64,000 nt of DNA from Macrostomum hystrix. Taxonomy: Eukaryota > Animalia > Platyhelminthes. Position 1 is the stretch's first letter; each line of letters starts with the position of its first letter. Location of the stretch: contig CATNEN010000011.1 in the NCBI GenBank assembly GCA_950097015.1, positions 4,216,001-4,280,000 of the forward strand. The letters run 5' to 3'. This document shows, one piece after another, positions 54,527 to 64,000 of the stretch. The position numbers were made by a program, and so were the translations under genes. Below the pieces are notes generated by a model. The model saw nothing but the letters and a program-made list of their open reading frames with translations. It ran no database searches and was not told the origin of the DNA.

Positions 54527-57500
54527 ACAATGATCCCCAGTGGATGATGATCACCTAGTTGGCAATGATCACCCAGTTGACAATGATCCCCAGTTGACAA
54601 TGATCCCCAGTTGATGATGATCACCCAGTTGACAATGATCCCCAGTTGACAATGATCCCCAGTTGATGATGATCACCTAGTTGGCAATGATCACCCAGTT
54701 GACAATGATCCCCAGTTGACAATGATCCCCAGTTGACAATGATCCCCCAGTTGACAATGTTCCCCAGTTGACAATGATCCCCCAGTTGACAATGATCCCC
54801 AATTGACAATGATCCCCCAGTTGACAATGATCCCCAATTGACAATGATCCCCCAGTTGACAATGATCCCCAGTTGACAATGATCCCCCAGTGGATGATGA
54901 TCACCTAGTTGGCAATGATCACCCAGTTGACAATGATCCCCAGTTGACAATGATCCCCAGTTGACAATGATCCCCCAGTTGACAATGATCCCCAGTTGAC
55001 AATGATCCCCCAGTTGACAATGATCCCCAATTGACAATGATCCCCCAGTTGACAATGATCCCCCAGTTGATGATGATCAAGCAGTTGACAATGATCCCCC
55101 AGTTGACAATGATCCTCAGTTGACAATGATCCCCCAGTTGACAATGATCCCCAGTTGATGATGATCAAGCAGTTGACAATGATCCCCCAGTTGACAATGA
55201 TCCCCCAGTTGACAATGATCACAAAGTTGACAATGATCCCCCAGTTAACAATGATCACCCAGTTGACAATGATCACCCAGTTGACAATGATCCCCCAGTT
55301 AACAATGATCGCCCAGTTGACAATGATCCCTCAGTTGACCATGATCCCCCATTTGATGATGACTCCCCATTGATAATGATCCCCAGTTGACAATGTTCCC
55401 CCAGTCGACAATGATCCCCCAGTTGATGATAATCAAGCAGTTGACAATGATCACCCAGTTGACAATGATCACCCAGTTGACAATGATCACCCAGTTGACA
55501 ATGATCCCCCAGTTAACAATGATCGCCCAGTTGACAATGATCCCTCAGTTGACCATGATCCCCCATTTGATGATGACTCCCCATTGATAATGATCCCCAG
55601 TTGACAATGTTCCCCCAGTCGACAATGATCCCCCAGTTGATGATAATCAAGCAGTTGACAATGATCACCCAGTTGACAATGATCCCCCAGTTGACCATGA
55701 TCCCCCAGTTGACAATGATTCCCCAGTTGATGATGATCACCCAGTTGACCATGATCATCCATTTGATGATGATCACCCAGTTGACCATGATCATCCATTT
55801 GATGATGATCACCCAGTTGACCATGATCATCCATTTGATGATGATCACCCAGTTGACCATGATCATCCATTTGATGATGATCACCCAGTTGACAATGTTC
55901 GCCCCAGTTGACAATGATCCCCCAGTTGATGATGATCCCCCAGTTGACCATGATCATCCATTTGATGATGATCACCCAGTTGACCGTGAACCCCCATTTG
56001 ATGATGATCACCCAGTTGACAATGATCCCCAGTTGACCATGATCCCATATTTGATGATGACTCCACATTGATGATGATCCCCCAGTTGACAATGATCCCC
56101 CAGTTGACAATGATCCCCCAGTTGACAATGATCACAAAGTTGACAATGATCCCCCAGTTGACAATGATCACAAAGTTGACAATGATCCCCCAGTTGACAA
56201 TGATCACCCAGTTGACAATGATCCCCCAGTTAACAATGATCGCCCAGTTGACAATGATCCCTCAGTTGACCATGATCCCCCATTTGATGATGACTCCCCA
56301 TTGATAATGATCCCCAGTTGACAATGTTCCCCCAGTCGACAATGATCCCCCAGTTGATGATAATCAAGCAGTTGACAATGATCACCCAGTTGACAATGAT
56401 CACCCAGTTGACAATGATCACCCAGTTAACAATGATCGCCCAGTTGACAATGATCCCTCAGTTGACCATGATCCCCCATTTCATGATGACTCCCCATTGA
56501 TAATGATCCCCAGTTGACAATGTTCCCCCAGTCGACAATGATCCCCCAGTTGATGATAATCAAGCAGTTGACAATGATCACCCAGTTGACAATGATCCCC
56601 CAGTTGACAATGATCGCCCAGTTGACAATGATCCCTCAGTTGACCATGATCCCCCATTTGATGATGACTCCCCATTGATAATGATCCCCAGTTGACAATG
56701 TTCCCCCAGTCGACAATGATCCCCCAGTTGATGATAATCAAGCAGTTGACAATGATCACCCAGTTGACAATGATCCCCCAGTTGACCATGATCCCCCAGT
56801 TGATGATGATCACCCAGTTGACCATGATCATCCATTTGATGATGATCACCCAGTTGACCATGATCATCCATTTGATGATGATCACCCAGTTGACCATGAT
56901 CATCCATTTGATGATGATCACCCAGTTGACAATGTTCGCCCCAGTTGACAATGATCCCCCAGTTGATGATGATCCCCCAGTTGACCATGATCATCCATTT
57001 GATGATGATCACCCAGTTGACAATGATCCCCAGTTGACAATGATCCCCCAGTTGACAATGTTCCCCAGTTGACAATGATCCCCCAGTTGACAATGATCCC
57101 CAATTGACAATGATCCCCCAGTTGACAATGATCCCCAATTGACAATGATCCCCCAGTTGACAATGATCCCCAGTTGACAATGATCCCCCAGTGGATGATG
57201 ATCACCTAGTTGGCAATGATCACCCAGTTGACAATGATCCCCAGTTGACAATGATCCCCAGTTGACAATGATCCCCCAGTTGACAATGATCCCCAGTTGA
57301 CAATGATCCCCCAGTTGACAATGATCCCCAATTGACAATGATCCCCCAGTTGACAATGATCCCCCAGTTGATGATGATCAAGCAGTTGACAATGATCCCC
57401 CAGTTGACAATGATCCTCAGTTGACAATGATCCCCCAGTTGACAATGATCCCCAGTTGATGATGATCAAGCAGTTGACAATGATCCCCCAGTTGACAATG

Positions 57501-59460
57501 ATCCCCCAGTTGACAATGATCACAAAGTTGACAATGATCCCCCAGTTAACAATGATCACCCAGTTGACAATGATCACCCAGTTGACAATGATCCCCCAGT
57601 TAACAATGATCGCCCAGTTGACAATGATCCCTCAGTTGACCATGATCCCCCATTTGATGATGACTCCCCATTGATAATGATCCCCAGTTGACAATGTTCC
57701 CCCAGTCGACAATGATCCCCCAGTTGATGATAATCAAGCAGTTGACAATGATCACCCAGTTGACAATGATCACCCAGTTGACAATGATCACCCAGTTGAC
57801 AATGATCCCCCAGTTAACAATGATCGCCCAGTTGACAATGATCCCTCAGTTGACCATGATCCCCCATTTGATGATGACTCCCCATTGATAATGATCCCCA
57901 GTTGACAATGTTCCCCCAGTCGACAATGATCCCCCAGTTGATGATAATCAAGCAGTTGACAATGATCACCCAGTTGACAATGATCCCCCAGTTGACCATG
58001 ATCCCCCAGTTGACAATGATTCCCCAGTTGATGATGATCACCCAGTTGACCATGATCATCCATTTGATGATGATCACCCAGTTGACCATGATCATCCATT
58101 TGATGATGATCACCCAGTTGACCATGATCATCCATTTGATGATGATCACCCAGTTGACCATGATCATCCATTTGATGATGATCACCCAGTTGACAATGTT
58201 CGCCCCAGTTGACAATGATCCCCCAGTTGATGATGATCCCCCAGTTGACCATGATCATCCATTTGATGATGATCACCCAGTTGACCGTGAACCCCCATTT
58301 GATGATGATCACCCAGTTGACAATGATCCCCAGTTGACCATGATCCCATATTTGATGATGACTCCACATTGATGATGATCCCCCAGTTGACAATGATCCC
58401 CCAGTTGACAATGATCCCCCAGTTGACAATGATCACAAAGTTGACAATGATCCCCCAGTTGACAATGATCACAAAGTTGACAATGATCCCCCAGTTGACA
58501 ATGATCACCCAGTTGACAATGATCCCCCAGTTAACAATGATCGCCCAGTTGACAATGATCCCTCAGTTGACCATGATCCCCCATTTGATGATGACTCCCC
58601 ATTGATAATGATCCCCAGTTGACAATGTTCCCCCAGTCGACAATGATCCCCCAGTTGATGATAATCAAGCAGTTGACAATGATCACCCAGTTGACAATGA
58701 TCACCCAGTTGACAATGATCACCCAGTTAACAATGATCGCCCAGTTGACAATGATCCCTCAGTTGACCATGATCCCCCATTTGATGATGACTCCCCATTG
58801 ATAATGATCCCCAGTTGACAATGTTCCCCCAGTCGACAATGATCCCCCAGTTGATGATAATCAAGCAGTTGACAATGATCACCCAGTTGACAATGATCCC
58901 CCAGTTGACAATGATCGCCCAGTTGACAATGATCCCTCAGTTGACCATGATCCCCCATTTGATGATGACTCCGCATTGATAATGATCCCCAGTTGACAAT
59001 GTTCCCCCAGTCGACAATGATCCCCCAGTTGATGATAATCAAGCAGTTGACAATGATCACCCAGTTGACAATGATCCCCCAGTTGACCATGATCCCCCAG
59101 TTGATGATGATCACCCAGTTGACCATGATCATCCATTTGATGATGATCACCCAGTTGACCATGATCATCCATTTGATGATGATCACCCAGTTGACCATGA
59201 TCATCCATTTGATGATGATCACCCAGTTGACAATGTTCGCCCCAGTTGACAATGATCCCCCAGTTGATGATGATCCCCCAGTTGACCATGATCATCCATT
59301 TGATGATGATCACCCAGTTGACAATGTTCGCCCCAGTTGACAATGATCCCCCAGTTGATGATGATCCCCCAGTTGACCATGATCATCCATTTGATGATGA
59401 TCACCCAGTTGACAATGATCCCCAGTTGACCATGATCCCATATTTGATGATCAAATATGA
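54527..59460. repeat. 17/18-bp satellite (CAGTTGACAATGATCCCC) with a 2301-bp higher-order repeat
   Basis: Identical ORF-track translations recur at +2301 (54905/57206, 55155/57456, 55487/57788, 56230/58531). Confidence 0.97.
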
Positions 59461-59486
59461 TCATCAAAATTGATTGGGCGTGATTG

Positions 59487-60767
59487 GGCGTGATTGGGGG
59501 GTGGGTACGCCCACCCCAGTGTTTCTGGCCAAATATAATAGTGCTAGCGAGCCGGTATGGCTCTTCGCGTATTTGTGTGCATGCTACCTGACAAACCAGC
59601 GTCTTACAGCGCGAACATTTCTCGCAGGCGCGGGACCAGTGCCTCGGCCGTCGTTGTCTGCATGAGCTGCACCTCTGGGAATCTCGAGTATCTGTCCACG
59701 CACACCAGCAGCATGTTGTTGTTGATCGGGCCTACAAAGTCAGCCCCAATCGACAACCAGGCGCCCTTAGGGATAGGCGTCGGCTGTAGAGGCGTAGCCC
59801 GAACGGCTGGCGTGTGAGACGTGATGGCACAGCTGCGGCACCGACTGACGAACTCCTCCGCTTGTGTTGCCATTCTCGGCCACCAGACCTTGCTGCTGAG
59901 CCTTGCGGTCGTCTTCTGCGAGCACTGGTGTCCTTGGTGCGCCAGCTCGAGCATCTGCTGCCGTAGAGCTGCTGGCACGACAATCCGCTGATGCCGAAGA
60001 AGAACTCCGTCTACCGCCGACAGCTCCTCTCGCAGCACGTGGAGTGACCGCATCTCAGCGCTAGAGCGGTCCCATTGGCCGCCTTGCATCGCTGCTATCG
60101 CTGCCCGGATAACTGGGTCGCTGGCTGAGCTCTTGCGGATGTCTTCGAGCGTGAGCGCCTTCGGGACAGCCGCCTGCGCTACCTCGTTTATGTAGGCCTC
60201 TCTCAGCTGCTCGCTGGTCCTACTTCCTTCAGCGTTTAGAGGCTGCCTGCTGAGTATGTCTGCAGCATTGGACGCTCCTGGCTGGTATTCGACCTTGAAT
60301 ACCTGGATGCTGGATACGCAGCGCCATACTCTCGACTCGTGGAGGCGGCCGTGACCCTGGCGCATACATGGCTGTCAGCGGCTTGTGGTCGGAGATCACC
60401 GTGAATTCGGGCGATACATACAAGTAGTACTCGAACTTCAGGCAGCCGAACTTCACGGCGAGCGCCTCTTTTTCGGTCTGCGAATATCGCCGCTCGACGT
60501 CGGAGAAAATCCGGCTCGCGTATGCGACTGGCCGCGAACTGCCGTCGTGCTGTACTTGCGCCAGGATTCCGCCGAGTCCGGTTGGTCCCGCGTCCACAAT
60601 CAGCTGTGTCCGTAGCCGCTTGTCGTAGAATGCCAGCGTTGTCGGCTCCGCAATGCTGCGCTTTAGCTGCGCAAAGGCGCTGGCCTGGTCGGCGCCCCAC
60701 TGCCAGTTGGTGTTCTTCCGGGTCAGGCGTCGCAGCGGCTCCGCCACCTTGCCCAGCTGTGGCGTGA
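59487..60767 (-). mobile_element. Duplicated partial LTR (59487-59608, + strand) and older Gypsy RNase H/integrase fragment (- strand)
   Basis: All ORF-track translations are identical to those at 47.3-48.5 kb. Confidence 0.95.
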
Positions 60768-61306
60768 GGGATTCTAGTTTTACAGATAGGATTCTAGCTA
60801 GACAGATGGGATTCTAGTTTTACAGATAGGATTCTAGCTAGACAGATGGGATTCTAGTTTTACAGATGGGATTCTAGTTTTACAGATGGGATTCTAGTTT
60901 TACAGATGGGATTCTAGTTTTACAGATGGGATTCTAGTTTTACAGATGGGATTCTAGCTAGACAGATGGGATTCTAGTTATACAGATGGGATTCTAGTTA
61001 GACAGATGGGATTCTAGATATACAGATGGGATTCTAGTCATACAGATGGGATTCTAGTTATACAGATGGGATTCTAGTCATACAGATGGGATTCTAGTTA
61101 TACAGATGGGATTCTAGTCATACAGATGGGATTCTAGTTAGACAGATGGGATTCTAGCTAGACAGATGGGATTCTAGTTAGACAGATGGGGTTCTAGTTT
61201 TACAGATGGGATTCTAGTTAGACAGATGGAATTCTAGTTCGAAAAATGGGATTCTAGTTCAGAAAATGGGATTCTAGTTCAAAAAATGGGATTCTAGTTC
61301 GAAAAT
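60768..61306. repeat. 20-bp minisatellite, second copy, ~27 units
   Basis: 40 bp longer than the first copy. Confidence 0.97.
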
Positions 61307-62154
61307 CTGTGCGAGCATCTTTTCAGTGTACGGTATCAGTATGAGAGTGTGCTCAGGAGTCAGCGGAATGGGTAGAATTGTAAAAACGCTATGTGCTATT
61401 GCCCGCGGCCTGGCTGAGCATGACTCATTGTGAGACCCCACTCATGCAGACCCTTCAAAATCCTGTCCCTCCGCTCTCTATTATTATTCGGGTTGATTGG
61501 AACTTGAAAGTGATTTTTCGATCACGATTCGGAATGTGCGATTCAATTGAATGTATGTCGATCACGTACAGAAATTTGGGGCGTCAATTATTGCTTAACT
61601 GATCAACCGAAAGACAACAAAAGCGTCTTGTTGTCGCTGTGATAAACTAAAATCGTTTCTTCTATTCTGGCTCATCGTTCCATATACATGACAAATTGAG
61701 TTTTCTATGGCTTACTTTCAAACGCTAGGCCTTAGATTCCATAGGCCGTTCCGTTTTGCATGTCCACTGTTTCACATAGCGCGACAAAAGCAATGCAATA
61801 ATTATGTGTTAGAGAGAAACTCCAAAAAGCCAGAAAGTTTTCTAATAGTACAAACCGAAAAGTTCATCTCGGAAAAGTCAAGCATGCAGGCAAAAAGCAA
61901 AGTAAAGCTGAAATTTGACATAGACAAAAGGCGTGTACCCCTGTGTCAGCCAGCGCTGCCATAGACCGAGCCAGCTCGGACCTGTATTTTCTGCAGCATT
62001 TAGAAGGGGCAGCGGCCCGAAAAGAAGAATGAAATCCAAAAACAGACAACCCTCGACTAAACATTGGCCAATTCTACTCAGCCGTTGCAAATTGGATCAA
62101 GAATTGACTGCAATTCAACTGCCACCTGCCAGCTAATCGACCAAATCTAACTGC

Positions 62155-64000
62155 ATGGGCCGTTCGGAATCGAAGCTGGCAATCATGACGACTATGGAGC
62201 TGGTTATTGTTGGCGTGTTACTTGCAGTTGGAGACATCCAGCTGGTTGATTGCATTAAATGTATCTCGTCGAGGTCGCCACAATCAGTCGAAACATATAT
62301 GAATGACAATAGTTCTACTACTTGCACTCGTCGCACAGTCACCAAGTGTAAAGTGGAATATGATAAAACCATCAAAGTGGTGAGCGACCGAATGAAATAA
62401 ACTAAGTAAATTAGCATATCAGTTCGAATTCATAAAGTAACAGTTTGCACGCGGAAACCCTTTTTAGAATCTGAAATATGGTTGCGGCGCCTGTCCCGCT
62501 ACGCAGGATGCAAACATTTTTTGCAAAGACTGCACAGGTGATGACTGCAATAAAGCGAGTGCATTAAACGTGACCGATGATCTAGTAGAATGCCTCGAAT
62601 ACGTACTTGCGGGTCAGTTCTTTAAGAACGGAAACGTTACACCAGCAGGGCCAAATAAACTTTTTTGTCTACCATCGGAAAAGTGCTTCAAATATGAAAT
62701 TCTTCCTGGAACAAAATACCATGAGATCTACATCGGCTGCAAATCGGATGTCGAACTCTATCGTCAAGGCGCGTTGCGGCTCCATAACTATTCTCAAGTT
62801 GCTCGGAACTTTAAACCTTACGAATGTACACCAAACAAAAACTATTCTGATTGTATTTCAATAACCACGACTGCTCGGTTAGCAACCGTGACTGCTTCAG
62901 GTGCAGCCACGACTGGTGCTGGTGCAGCCACGACTGGTGCTGGTGCAGCCACGACTGGTGCTGGTGCAGCCACGGCTGCTGCTGGTGCAGCCACGACTGG
63001 TGCTGGTGCAGCCACGACTGGTGCTGGTGCAGCCACGACTGGTGCTGGTGCAGCCACGACTGGTGCTGGTGCAGCCACGACTGGTGCTGGTGCAGCCACG
63101 ACTGGTGCTGGTGCAGCCACGACTGCTGCTGGTGCAGCCACGACTGGTGCTGGTGCAGCCACGACTGGTGCTGGTGCAGCCACGACTGGTGCTGGTGCAG
63201 CCACGACTAGTGCTGGTGCAGCCACGACTGGTGCTGGTGCAGCCACGACTGCTGCTGGTGCGGCCACGACTGGTGCTGGTGCAGCCACGACTGGTGCTGG
63301 TGCAGCCACGGCTGGTGCTGGTGCAGCCACGACTGCTGCTGGTGCAGCCACGACTGGTGCTGGTGCAGCCACGACTGCTGCTGGTGCAGCTACGACTGCT
63401 GCTGGTGCAGCCACGACTGGTGCTGGTGCAGCCACGACTGCTGCTGGTGCAGCCACGACTGGTGCTGGTGCAGCCACGACTGGTGCTGGTGCAGCCACGA
63501 CTGCTGCTGGTGCGGCCACGACTGGTGCTGGTGCAGCCACGACTGCTGCTGGTGCAGCCACGACTGGTGCTGGTGCAGCCACGACTGGTGCTGGTGCAGC
63601 CACGACTGGTGCTGGTGCAGCCACGACTGGTGCTGGTGCAGCCACGACTGGTGCTGGTGCAGCCACGACTGCTGCTGGTGCAGCCACGACTGGTGCTGGT
63701 GCAGCCACGACTGGTGCTGGTGCAGCCACGACTGGTGCTGGTGCAGCCACGACTAGTGCTGGTGCAGCCACGACTGCTGCTGGTGCGGCCACGACTGGTG
63801 CTGGTGCAGCCACGACTGGTGCTGGTGCAGCCACGGCTGGTGCTGGTGCAGCCACGACTGCTGCTGGTGCAGCCACGACTGGTGCTGGTGCAGCCACGAC
63901 TGCTGCTGGTGCGGCCACGACTGGTGCTGGTGCAGCCACGACTGCTGCTGGTGCAGCCACGACTGGTGCTGGTGCAGCCACGACTGCTGCTGGTGCAGCC
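62155..64000 (+). CDS. Three-finger mucin-stalk surface protein, copy 2 (3' end beyond window); exons 62155-62379 and 62468->64000
   Basis: Same exon structure and Cys pattern as copy 1; open frame through at least ~52 heptads to the window edge. Confidence 0.85.

Larger units (their letters stand above)
59487..64000 (+). repeat. Second copy of a ~12.2-kb tandem segmental duplication (homologous to 47251 onward); runs off the window
   Basis: Offsets are 12236 (LTR/Gypsy part), 12276 after the minisatellite (+2 units) and 12319 after a net 43-bp indel; the order of LTR half, Gypsy remnant, minisatellite and gene is the same. Confidence 0.95.

Noticed and set aside
54621-59473. Dozens of short ORFs (QLGDHC, NWGIIV, LTMIPQ repeats)
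   Set aside because: Products of satellite periodicity, constantly broken by 17-bp units.

Overview
Eukaryotic (invertebrate animal) nuclear DNA with GT-AG spliceosomal introns, AT-rich spacers and many retroelements; there are no prokaryotic features and no CRISPR array. From left to right the window contains: (1) a 5-exon calmodulin-like EF-hand gene with a Lys-rich tail (0.9-3.9 kb); (2) three tandem intronless class A GPCRs with almost no N-terminus (4.3-10.7 kb); (3) two RING + B-box + coiled-coil (TRIM-like) genes, one frameshifted (11.7-17.3 kb), plus a third orphan coiled-coil exon at 40 kb; (4) a birth-and-death cluster of about five paralogous secreted proteins (21.5-38 kb) with one clearly intact copy and two copies hit by LOA/Lian-like LINEs, one of them full length with a 12-bp TSD; (5) a young intact Ty3/Gypsy element (200-bp LTRs, tRNA-Leu PBS, -1 frameshift signal, GCGC TSD) nested in the integrase of an older Gypsy (41.9-48.5 kb); (6) a ~12.2-kb tandem duplication carrying a gene for a predicted GPI-anchored three-finger (Ly6/uPAR-like) protein on a Thr/Ala/Gly heptad stalk, flanked by 20-, 23- and 17/18-bp satellites. 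The best lead is that the two copies of this surface-protein gene have an identical intron and near-identical flanks but differ at 26 amino acids (against 5 silent-only codons, hand count) in the Cys-rich ectodomain, suggesting a hypervariable recognition locus. All alignments, splice models and family assignments were made by eye without database searches.
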